This document shows positions 1 through 11,220 of a stretch of 64,000 bases of DNA, in pieces. The position numbers were made by a program, and so were the translations under genes. The DNA is from Macrostomum hystrix (Eukaryota > Animalia > Platyhelminthes): contig CATNEN010000032.1 of the NCBI GenBank assembly GCA_950097015.1, positions 558,001 through 622,000 on the forward strand. The letters run 5' to 3'. Positions within the stretch are counted from its first letter, which is position 1, and each line of letters begins with the position of its first letter. The notes beneath the pieces were generated by a model, which was given only the letters and a program-made list of their open reading frames with translations, was not told the DNA's origin and searched no databases.

Positions 1-302
1 GGGGTACACTAGTTGTTAGAAAGGGGTTCAAGTTTCAGTATTTATATGCAAGACCATCTCACAATGAACACAACAGTCACACAACAGTTTGAGGTCTCTA
101 TTTGATTAGTTTTGTTAAACTTCTAGGAGCTGTTACTGATAAACTCGAATCTGGGTTTTCAACTAGTAAAGTTGTTCATTCATGCACAACCTCTTATTGC
201 TAGCAACACTTACAAGCCTATTTGAAAATCTATGCTGATGAATTGTACAACAGATTAATTGTTAAATTATTGCAGCTCACAACCAGGTTATTGTTGCAAC
301 CA

Positions 303-1121
303 ATGGACCGGCAAGCCAAGATTGAGAAGCTAAAAGCTCAAGTAGACTCAGTTAGAATTGGCGGCAAAGGTTCCGCCAGGCGCAAGAGGAAGGTCATCCA
401 CAAGAACACTGGCACTGACGATCGCAAGGTAGCATCGACGCTGAAGAAGCTGGCCGTTAGCTCTATTCCCGGCATCGAGGAGGTGAACATGTTTCGTGAC
501 AATGGCGAAGTGATTCACTTCAACAATCCGAAGGTGCAGGCCTCCCTGCAGGCCAACACTTTTGCCATCACTGGCCAGTCTGAGGTCAAGGGCCTGGCTG
601 AGTTGTTGCCGACCATTTGGAACCAGCTCGGGCCGCAGAATTTCGCCAATCTCAAGACACTGGCTTCGAAGCTAGGTAAAACTTTAAATTTCTAATTGGA
701 AATTAGTTCTGTCAGATTGGGACTCAGTGCTGTCAGATTGGGACTGAGTTCTGTCAGATTGAGACTGAGTTCTTTCAGATTGGGACTGAGTTCTGTCAGA
801 TTGGGACTGATTTCTGTCAGATTGGGACTGATTTCTGTCAGATTGGGACTGAGTTCTGTCAGATTGGGACACTTTAGGCTTACTTGTATGGATGCATTTT
901 GCGCGCCTAGTCTTTGTCGCCATTGTTTTTTGGGTGGATAAACTACAAACTATAATTATTACTTACTAAGTCTAACACTTGCTGTTTCTTCAGGCGCCAG
1001 CGCCCCGAAGGCCGTCGGCGAAGCTGCCGACGACAAAGAAGCTACGACGGGCGCCGCCGATCAGGACGAAGTGCCGGAGCTGGTTGGCAACTTCGACGAC
1101 GCGTCAGCCAAAGCCGAGTGA
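303..1121 (+). CDS. BTF3: Transcription factor BTF3 / NAC beta subunit, 2 exons (303-675, 994-1121), about 166 aa
   Basis: [18 protein letters not shown] and [34 protein letters not shown] are the NAC-beta signature. The GT-AG phase-1 intron 676-993 joins to [10 protein letters not shown]...[18 protein letters not shown], matching the known BTF3 C-terminus. The ORF-track start at 222 is a TTG artefact. Confidence 0.96.
705..869. repeat. 21-bp minisatellite (GATTGGGACTGAGTTCTGTCA), about 8 copies, inside the BTF3 intron
   Basis: Tandem units read directly; explains ORFs 684-923 and 696-941. Confidence 0.95.
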
Positions 1122-3196
1122 AAAAATGTCCCGCTCTAAATAGCAACTTAAAAGGGACACATAAGCCTTGATGGTAATAAGTTTATTTGATAGACACAAT
1201 TTTACTTAGTGTGCATATTGAAAGCTTTTTCTACCATTAAAACGCGTTAAACTTTTGGCGCTTTAGCTGCTGTGCCGCTGGTAATAGCCGAGTTTCGGAC
1301 CGATTGAAAATTGAAAGTGGTGACTAGTACGTGTCTTGCTCTGCCGCTGCATAGTTTCGGAGACAGGTGCAAGAAAGCTTAGGAAGTGTGTCCTGCAGGG
1401 TGGAGTTTGTGCTTAAGCCAATGAGACCGTCAGTAGCTAGTAGTTCAGCTTTTGCCATTCGCTCTTCCTCGTTTTCATCTCCAACATTGCGCGCCAACAG
1501 GCCGCCATTTGACTGTTGATTGTGTCTTTTGTGTTTTGTACCACCGTGTTTTTGCCGGTCGATTGTAATAAAAAGCAGGTGAAAAAAAATGAAAAAAAAG
1601 AATAACTTTTTGGAAATAGAATCTGTTATTGGCTTTTTTGCGATTTCGTCTTTTTCGATATATTTAAATACGCTTAATTTGCAAGGCAATTACGAGTACA
1701 ATATGTTTGAACAGATGTTGATGAATCGAAATATTACGAGCGTATTTAGGGCTAAGAAGTGCTGCCTCGTTGTAAAGGCCAGGCCAAAGTAATAGAGTTA
1801 GTTGAGATGTCTCGGAGCCCCTGCACGGTTGATGAATCTGGTGCTGGCGATACTAGTGCTTTAATTCAATACGTAATTTCTTACACGTTTGCACACATTC
1901 CAAAAGTTTCAATTAATATATAGCAAAAATCCGCATTCAGCTAGTGCATAAAATGAAAAAAAAATTTCTCTGCGACAACTAGTCAACTGATAAATTGCGA
2001 AAAAAGTATTGATATAGACACACGGAACGTCATATTTTTGCTGAACTTTTACTTTGATTGCGGTAAACTGATACCGACCAGTATTGAATTTTTTGGTATG
2101 CCTTGATACTTGGCTCGGGAATTCTCCTCGACTACTGTATTAAAAATGTTAAAGTGAAAAAATAGTGTAGTCAGGGACTACTAAATACTAAAGGGAGTAT
2201 TTAATAGTCCCCGAGTATAGTAATAAAGATGTGCAAAGACTATCGTGGCAGGTATTTTAAGTGTTCCGTTTTTAAGCGTTTAAAATATAATGGTGTGCTT
2301 TTAAATGTTTTAAATCCCAATGAAATTCTTTAACCGTTTACTCAGAACAGTGCAAAAAGTCATAGATCAGTATATCATGGCTTTTTTATTTGGACTGTTT
2401 AATAAATCATACATGAACACGGTAGTTTTGTTTTACTTTGAATTTGCAATTTGCATTGACAAATGCGGTTCAAAACTCAAATACACTTACGGTGATGTTT
2501 CTTCAATTTCTCTCAAGATTACTGAACTGGACATCATTGGAAACTTTTTCATGTACTGTATTTTTCCACGGAGAAGTAAGCGAAACCTAGAGGATTTTTT
2601 CAGCTTCCTTTTTATCGAAGTCTTAATTACTTTTAACTATGTACCAGCTAAATATAAAGCATCTTAAAACACCATTTATATCTAATTTCGTTGAGTAATA
2701 TGTCTAGATCGACTCTGCAATATGTTTAAATTTACCTAATAAATAATTTAGGACGTCATACATAGTTGCTTGTGCTTCCAATTCTATGCGGTTTATATAT
2801 AATTTTATATATAGTGTTGTTAATCTTTTTATTTATCCAATTCATCATATACATTATGCATTATACATTATACATTATATACATTATTCATTGATTTTTT
2901 AAGCTACTAAGAAGTGGAAGTTGATAAATATTTGTCTGATACTTTAATCCGTTCTGAATATTTACAGCCCTAAATGTTCATTTCAAAAGCTTTAAATTAT
3001 TAACTAATTCTGACATTTTCAATATTTGCTTTGACTTACCTTTTGGTTAGGCCTATATAAAGTATGTATTAAATAATATTCATTTTACCTATTTTGAAAA
3101 ATTATAGTGTCCTAATACTTGAAAACCTTTTTGGTACTTACTTCATAAATTTGACTGTATAACTAGCTAGGCCTACCTTGTATTTACAGTAGGGTG

Positions 3197-4734
3197 CCAG
3201 GCTTTGCGGCGACATGAAAAATGGTGACTTCCGCGACAAGCAATGTTAAATTCGGCGACAAGTACGTTTTGTCAATGATGCTTATTGTGTCGAAACAACT
3301 GTGTGTTTCCAAGAGCGTTCTAACTCAATCCAAGTCAAAGTCAATGCAATTGTCATTAAAAACTGTAGACCCAAAAGCCGCGCGAATGACGCAATGCCCT
3401 CACCCACCCCCGACCGCGAAACCAGAGAAGTGAAGGAGACTGAAGCTACCTGACAGTAGCATGAAAATTATGGTGTACTATGGCGCCATAGCCCATCGTC
3501 CACCCCACACACCCGCTGAGTATAAGTTATATATTTCAAAAAGCGCTGACACTTTTAGTCAACTGTAGTTGTCATGGAAGTATGCACATTGTGCAGGTTT
3601 AGAGTCCGAGAGCGTCAACAGGGAGTCCTGTGTGATGGATGCAACTTTTGGCATCACCGAACTTGCTTGACTGGAAATGCAGCCATTTCTCTGGCGCAGT
3701 ATAAGCGTATGAAAATGCAGAAGTCGTTTCAATAGAAATGTCCCAGCTGTGAGACAACCGATCTCGATGACATTTCTATGAGTGAAACCAGTGCCCCAGC
3801 TGGCACAGCAGACGAAGGCAGAACAGCAGCCGACACCAGCACAGTTGACATTACAGCAGGCGGTACAGACGGCACCGAGCTGCCGGCTGCCGCAGAGCTG
3901 CCGACCGCCGCAGAGCAGCCGACCGCCATAGAGCTGCCGACCGCCCCAGAGCTACAGACTGCCACAGAGCTGCTGACCGCCGCAGAGCTGCCGACTGGTG
4001 AGGAGCTGCCAATACATGTAGCTGCAGTGCACATTTTTGAACTTGGGGTACCGGAATTTGCTTTAGTGCCCAGTGGTTCGAACCGGAAAAAAGACCTGCT
4101 AATTGTCGACAGGGAGCACTCCTTCGTTATTTCCCGTAAACGAGGAGATTCTATTTACTGGCGGTGCACAAAACGTAATGCTCTCACTAAATGTCCTGCA
4201 AGTGTTGTGCAACATGGAGACAAGTGCAGAAAAGGCAAAGGCCACGTCGGGCATCTGCCACTCCATGGAGTTGCAGCCCGTGCACTTCTACGGCAGCGTG
4301 TACTCCACAGAGCCCACACAGAGCTGTTTACATCAGCTGCTCAAATCGCTCGAAATGAGTGCCTGGCGTCCAAGTCATTATTCGAGGTGAGAAGAACGTG
4401 CAATTTGTTACATCGGCAATGGGCTATAATGTACAGTACTACCCGCGATGTAATAGTCTTGACAACAGGCTATAGGATTCTTTTGAAGTACGTCACAGGA
4501 TGGCTTGTCAGAGCACACGTGTTTGTTACATTTAACAAAAAGGGAAAGTATTTCGTAGGCTGTAGGCGGTTACGGTAGGATGTAGACGCATTGGTTTTGT
4601 TAGTAAGAATATAATAAAAAGACTAAATAAATAGCCATAGAAAGTGATTTGTGAAAGTGAAAGAGAAACTTTTCGCCGAATTTAACATTGCTTGTCGCCA
4701 AAGTCACTATTTTCCATGTCGCCGAAATGCCTGG
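3197..4734 (+). mobile_element. Non-autonomous TIR DNA transposon, Mutator (MULE/Phantom-like) derivative
   Basis: 62-bp terminal inverted repeats 3197-3258 and 4673-4734 (56/62 identical by manual alignment) with three internal GCGAC motifs. They enclose a FLYWCH-type ORF. No DDE domain and no clear target-site duplication. Confidence 0.8.
3778..4578 (+). CDS. FLYWCH-type zinc finger ORF inside the TIR element (probable truncated transposase N-terminus; possible donor GAG|GTGAGA at 4386/4387)
   Basis: SGSNRKKDLLIVDREHSFVISRKRGDSIYWRCTKRNALTKCPASVVQHGDKCRKGKGHVGH fits the FLYWCH YWRC-x-C-x-H-x-H pattern. The N-terminus has 6-aa ELPTAA repeats. Confidence 0.7.
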   Translation: MSETSAPAGTADEGRTAADTSTVDITAGGTDGTELPAAAELPTAAEQPTAIELPTAPELQTATELLTAAELPTGEELPIHVAAVHIFELGVPEFALVPSGSNRKKDLLIVDREHSFVISRKRGDSIYWRCTKRNALTKCPASVVQHGDKCRKGKGHVGHLPLHGVAARALLRQRVLHRAHTELFTSAAQIARNECLASKSLFEVRRTCNLLHRQWAIMYSTTRDVIVLTTGYRILLKYVTGWLVRAHVFVTFNKKGKYFVGCRRLR

Positions 4735-6052
4735 AATTCTATATTTTTATTCTATACTTTTATATATTTATATTTATATCCTCATAATTTGCCCATTTGA
4801 AACTTTATATTTTATATTTCTATTATCTAAATAGGAAAGATTACTTAAAATTTATATATTTCTGATTTTTTCTAAATAAAGTGTAGTATATAATACTTTA
4901 TTATATTTCTTAATTGTGACTGTCTTATATATTAAAACTACAGACAAATTATAAACATTTAATATAATTATGACAACAATTATATAATATAATAGCAAAA
5001 CATAAGTGTAAAATAATATCTTCTTTAAAAAAAAATTGTGCTATAGATATATAACAATGACAAAATGTCAAAAAGTAGCCCAATATATTAGTCAAAGTAA
5101 TTTACATTTGTAATGTAACCATTCATGTGCAACACCCAGCCAAACCAAAGCAATGTAAGTCACAAAACCAATTGACCAAGTGCAAAAAAATCAAAGGGGG
5201 TGCCAAGGGACAAAAAAGGAAGGTGTGAAGAAAAGGAAAAAGAGGGAGAGAAAAAGAGAGCAAATGAGAGCAAACTAAGTCGTAAATAGAGTAAAAACTA
5301 AGTTGCACGGCCGGCTAAGATTTAAGAGGTTGCGCATGTATGAATGTAACTACAAATGTACAATACACTATTTTTTATAAATAGTTTGTTATTTTTTACA
5401 TTAGGTCTAATTTTTCTTAGGCTTCTAAGTACTAAGCTAGCTAGCTAATCCCCTAAAATAATTTTGTTTGGCATATTATTTTTATCACACATGAATTTCA
5501 GTATAAGATCACCTAGTCATTTTGCTTAGTTACTCTTATGGGTATATCATTAATGACTTAAACTATCACATGATAGCCATATTTTCTATTAGCAACCTAT
5601 GTTATTGTTACAACTAGAAATAGCTATAAGGGGATCATAGTTATCATTTATAACAAATGAAGATCTTGATATATATTGTTGTAAAGGTCTATAGACTGGT
5701 TGAATTTAGATTGTGTTATATTATACAAATAGATATAATTCTTAGAGATTTAGTATAGGAAGAAAAATAACATGGACCAATATTTCATAAACCTATAATG
5801 CTATAAACCACTTAAGCCTATATTCTGGTTTGTCTATTTTAGGCCAATTTGAGTATACATTTAAAGTACATTTGTCCAAGAAGGTTGGCATATACAAGCA
5901 TTTAATTGCATGTTCTATTTATGTTGTCTGTGCATAAAATGGAATTGTTTTAACAAATATTTTAATCCTTTTGAGTAAGTTTGAAAGCACAGTACATGTT
6001 TGATTTCTGTTTCAACATATAACGTTTTCATTTTTCAGCTATCTGAGAAGCA

Positions 6053-6313
6053 ATGTCTGCAGGTGTGACAACAATAAACCCCAAGCCATTCCTGAATGGC
6101 CTGACTGGCAAAGCTGTAGTTGTGAAACTAAAGTGGGGCATGGAGTACAAAGGCTTTCTTGTCTCTGTGGACTCCTACATGAACCTGCAGCTGGCCAACA
6201 CTGAAGAATTCATTGACGGCTGCCAGACGGGCCACCTTGGCGAGATGCTGATCCGGTGCAACAATGTACTCTATATAAGAGCCGCAGATGACGAAGAGAT
6301 GAGTGCAGATTAG
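6053..6313 (+). CDS. SNRPF: Small nuclear ribonucleoprotein F (SmF), coding region without introns, 86 aa
   Basis: [49 protein letters not shown]...[15 protein letters not shown] is the SmF Sm1/Sm2 signature. Upstream acceptor TTTTTCAG; AATAAA near 6575. Confidence 0.97.
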   Translation: MSAGVTTINPKPFLNGLTGKAVVVKLKWGMEYKGFLVSVDSYMNLQLANTEEFIDGCQTGHLGEMLIRCNNVLYIRAADDEEMSAD

Positions 6314-6876
6314 ATGGCGAACTTTAATTTTTTTGTTTTAGGTGGCTGTAGGCTTTGCCTGCTCTCCTCATGCTGGATAGTGAGGCCGCATTTTTTGCAG
6401 CTTATAATCCTACCATTCAGTGAGATATGAACGCAATGCTCGATATGCCTATTCTTAATTATCAAATTATTAATAAGAACTTGCTTATTCGTCTTGTCTT
6501 GCGTGAAAAACTGTAACAAGTTACTAATAAATTGCTTAAGCATCTTAGTTGTTTTGTAATTTGTATATCTACTAAATAAAAGTCCATGCTCCTTGATCCA
6601 GCGTTTTGTGTAACTTATTCACCGTTTTAATATAAATACTTGCTGTTGGTTTTATTTTTTTAATGCTCCTATGTAGGACTGAATGTTAACCCTGGCATAT
6701 CGTCTGATGGTTAGTACTCGTATTAGATTATTAAAATACTTAACTTCTGTATAAAAAGCCTATGCTCACCTTCAGATCCTTTTGGGTTTCTGAATTCCTG
6801 CTTTTACATTGCTTTGGCGAAATTGTTGTAGATATTTAAAACAAATTGTAGCTCTCACTGTTGCAGCTGTAAAGCC

Positions 6877-7890
6877 ATGCCAGCGAAGGCTCCCGCCACC
6901 AAGAAAAAGGCAGATCCCGCGGCCCCGAAGGCCACCAAGGCCAAGCGCGTGCCGGCCGTGCCGGAGTCGGCCCTGAAGGGTAAGAAGGCTGCGATTGAGG
7001 CGCGCGCCAAGCGTCTAAGGCTGACTGTGCTGCGAAGGCGCAAGGACCGCGTAAAGCGCATGGAGGTGTTTAAGAAGGCCGAGAAATACCACCTGCAGTA
7101 CGAGAGCATGGCCAAGGCCGAGCTGCAGAAAGTCAGGCAGGCCAAGAAGCACAGCAACTTCTACGTGCCCGCCGAGGCTAAGGTGGCCTTCGTTGTCCGC
7201 ATCCGGGGCATCAACGGGCTACACCCGAAGCCGCGCAAGATTCTGCAGCTGTTCCGCCTGCGCCAGATTAACAACGGAATGTTCGTCAAGCTTAACAAGG
7301 CTACGGTAAGACTGGACTATTAAACAAATTTGACTAGGTAGGACTTAAGTATTAGAGTTAAATTAAATAGCTCTAATTTAATCAGTGATTAGTTTTGACA
7401 TCGCATGTCGAGCAGCAGCTATCTTGAAATGTAGCTCGATTCAAAGCTGCTCATTCTACTGCTAGTAGCATAATTTCAACTTTAATAGAAAGAAAGTATT
7501 CAACTGAAAGCTTTGCACCTTCACGCCCAGATTAACATGCTGCGCATTATCGAGCCCTACATCATGTGGGGCTACCCGGACCTGAAGTCCGTCCGGTCCC
7601 TGGTCTACAAGCGCGGCTTCGGTCGCGTCAATGGTCAGCGAATCCCACTGACGGATAACAAGATCGTGGAGAAGGCGCTCGGCCGCAAGGGTGTGACCTG
7701 CGTCGAGGACATTGTCCACCAGATCTACACCTGCGGTCCGCGCTTCAAGTCCGTCACTAACTTCCTGTGGGCTTTCAAGCTCAAATCGCCGCGCGGCGGC
7801 TTCCGCAAGAAGGCCAACCACTTTGTCGAGGGCGGCGACTTTGGCAACCGGGAGTTCTACATCAACCGCATGCTGCGCCGCATGGTCTAA
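6877..7890 (+). CDS. RPL7: 60S ribosomal protein L7 (uL30), 2 exons (6877-7305, 7531-7890), about 262 aa
   Basis: [50 protein letters not shown]|[16 protein letters not shown]...[23 protein letters not shown]. Phase-0 GTAAG...CCCAG intron 7306-7530; AATAAA at about 7987. Confidence 0.97.
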
Positions 7891-8754
7891 GCGTGCTCAA
7901 CAATTGTGAGAACTAACTGCCTCCTGCTCCGGCCTTGTGAAATTTGTGAACTTTTCAATGCGCTTGGTATGGCCACGAGAGTACGAATAAATAAAAACAG
8001 AGACTCCTAGAACCCGAAAGGTTGCGACTGGTGACTAAAGCTTGGATTGAAAAAATGTTTTGCTGGCTTTTTCGGTTTTCTTTTTTTGGACGGTTCCTAA
8101 TGGCATATCAAAGTGCTCTACTATCAGCGCGTATCACCTGTCCTAGTAGTTTAAGCTACTTTTGATACATTTGGAGCCCTGCGTCCAGACACTCTCGTCA
8201 GTTTGGAAGGCCCCACGCCAAGTATTATAGCTCAGAGTGTGTCGATTCAAACTAATGACAGTCAGTGACGCAACCCCCGGTGTATACAAAGGCTCTTCAG
8301 TCCATGGACTGGTGAGGCTGCTATACAAACGCAATTTCAACAAGCTTAAGCCACATGTCAAATAGTCAATCGGGCGTCACTTTTATTGCGCCTATGCCAG
8401 TCAGAATTCGTTGCATGCTGAGATATGCGATACTTTAATGCGCTAAACTGTTGCTGTGTGCTGCAACAGCTTCCTCCCATCCTGGCTTGCCGATCGATTA
8501 ATGACACCTTTTTGTCCCTCTGCCTCTCCCCAGAGATTCCCCTTGGCTTTCGCGCCGGACTCGATTTAACTCGGCTGCTTGAGCAGCAATCGGGATCGGG
8601 TTATCGATCTAATGAGCGACACTAAACGAGTCCGGTGACCGGGTGGACCAGGATTGGGCTGCCCCACCCTGCAGAAAGCTGCAGTTTCATGTTTCTTGTT
8701 TTTAATCTTCCTAGGCTTGTAGACTCCGCGCTGCTTCATCTGACTAATAGAAGC

Positions 8755-9051
8755 AACGAGTAGGATTGCAGAGCATGCCTTATAGTTACGAGTAGGATTG
8801 CAGCGCATGCCTCATAGCTACGAGTAGGATTGCAGCGCATGCCTCATAGCTACGAGCAGGATTGCAGCACATGCCTTATAGCTACGAGTAGGATTGCAGC
8901 GCATGCCTCATAGCTACGAGTAGGATTGCAGCGCATGCCTTATAGTTACGAGTAGGATTGCAGCGCATGCCTCATAGCTACGAGTAGGATTGCAGCGCAT
9001 GCCTTATAGCTACGAGTAGGATTGCAGCGCATGCCTTATAGTTACGAGTAG
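8755..9051. repeat. 32-bp minisatellite (ACGAGTAGGATTGCAGCGCATGCCTCATAGCT), about 9 copies
   Basis: Tandem units read directly. Confidence 0.95.
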
Positions 9052-9545
9052 CATTAGCAGTAGCTATGGGAGCTATCCCGCTAATGAATAGTGGCTACTG
9101 TAGCAGTTCTACCCAGCTGAGGACCACCAAATACCATTGACCGAATCCAGCCGGGGCAAAGCACTTTCTTCCGCTCGTACGAGGATTAGCTCAATCAGCC
9201 GCTAAAAGAAGATCAAGAATGGCTGATTTATTCGGTTGCAGTACGGACGCCAGGCCCGGTACCAAAGAGTCATAATGCGTTTACCTCGGCCTCATTACCG
9301 GCATCCACTATTTCTTCCTTCCTGTCCAGTTCCTTTCGCATTGAGCTCTGCTCGAATTCTTACTCGAAGAATTTGGCAGAAACTGGAAACTAACTTGTGG
9401 GCAGTAATTTGTTCGAGGACTTGATAACTCGCTGGTCTCCAGAGACGATGGAAACTGTCTTTCACTCGTATATTTCTTTGGAGTCCCTCAGTCAAGGTCC
9501 CTCAGTTAAGGTCAGACAAGTTCCTCGTTCCGTCTCATCTTATCA

Positions 9546-10311
9546 TTGCTCATCCAATCCCAGCTATGCTCATCTAATCCCAGCTATGCTCATCCAATCC
9601 CATCTATGCTCATCCAATCCCAGCTATGCTCATCCAATCCCAGCTATGCTCATCCAATCCCAGCTATGCTCATCCAATCCCAGCTATGCTCATCTAATCC
9701 CAGCTATGCTCATCTAATCCCATCTATGCTCATCCAATCCCAGCCATGCTCATCCAATCCCAGCTATGTTCATCCAATCCCAGCTATGCTCATCCAATCC
9801 CAGCTATGTTCATCCAATCCCAGCTATGCTCATCCAATCCCAGCTATGTTCATCCAATCCCAGCTATGCTCATCCAATCCCAGATATGCTCATCCAATCC
9901 CAGCTATGCTCATCCAATCCCAGCTATGCTCATCCAATCCCAGCTATGCTCATCCAATCCCAGCTATGCTCATCCAATCCCAGATATGCTCATCCAATCC
10001 CAGCTATGCTCATCCAATCCCAGATATGCTCATCCAATCCCAGCTATGCTCATCCAATCCCAGATATGCTCATCCAATCCCAGCTATGCTCATCCAATCC
10101 CAGCTATGCTCATCCAATCCCAGCTATGCTCATCCAATCCCAGCTATGCTCATCCAATCCCAGCTATGCTCATCCAATCCCAGCTATGCTCATCCAATCC
10201 CAGCTATGCTCATCCAATCCCAGCTATGCTCATCCAATCCCAGCTATGCTCATCCAATCCCAGCTATGCTCATCCAATCCCAGCTATGCTCATCCAATCC
10301 CAGCTATGCTA
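9546..10311. repeat. 20-bp minisatellite (GCTCATCCAATCCCAGCTAT), about 38 copies
   Basis: Tandem units; produces the same repetitive ORF in all three + frames. Confidence 0.97.
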
Positions 10312-10661
10312 ATCCCTTCTGATCAATCCTTCCTTAATCCCAAATATCCATAACCCAGTTCTCGTCAGTCATTTCCTAAAAAAGGCTGTCTGGACATTTT
10401 CTAGTTCGTTGCTGTCTGGTCGGATCAACACGAGTTAAGTTGTTTGAGTCTGTAATAACATTTTATTACTTCGTCGGAGGTAATTTTGATATTATTGAGT
10501 AGCAAGAGTGCTCTCGGCGAGTACTCTGACAGGTTTAAGTCGGTTTCGGATGCACAGCGGTAATACTAAACAATCGGCACGAAAATAGACTCAGTTGAAT
10601 ATTCGGGCAATATATATATACGAGCAAAAAGCACTCGCAGCTAACTGTTCTGCTATATGCA

Positions 10662-11062
10662 AACCTTCAGACACCTTCCTTCTGATATTCAGGTCTCAGA
10701 CACCTTCCTTCAGATATTCAGGTCTCAGACACCTTCCTTCAGATATTCAGGTCTCAGACACCTTCCTTCAGATATTCAGGTCTCAGACACCTTCCTTCAG
10801 ATATTCAGGTCTCAGACACCTTCCTTCAGATATTCAGGTCTCAGACACCTTCCTTCAGATATTCAGGTCTCAGACACGTTCCTTCAGATATTCAGGTCTC
10901 AGACACGTTCCTTCAGATATTCAGGTCTCAGACACGTTCCTTCAGATATTCAGGTCTCAGACACGTTCCTTCAGATATTCAGGTCTCAGACACCCTCCTT
11001 CAGATATTCAGGTCTCAGACACGTTCCTTCAGATATTCAGGTCTCAGACACCTTCCTTCAGA
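10662..11062. repeat. 29-bp minisatellite (CAGACACCTTCCTTCAGATATTCAGGTCT), about 13 copies
   Basis: Tandem units; the 29-aa periodicity of ORFs 10595 and 10657 equals three units. Confidence 0.95.
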
Positions 11063-11103
11063 AATTCAGTTCGGAAGTTTTTTTGGTTTATTAGTCGATA
11101 TTT

Positions 11104-11155
11104 TTAGCAAGACTTCTGCTGCTGCTGCTGTTGCTGCTTCTGCTGCTGCTGCTGT

Positions 11156-11220
<65 letters not shown>

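Noticed and set aside
1324-1689. Minus-strand 121-aa ORF convergent with BTF3
   Set aside because: The first half is low-complexity AT-rich sequence and no motif was recognised. A minus-strand AATAAA near 1185 leaves a small gene possible but unsupported.
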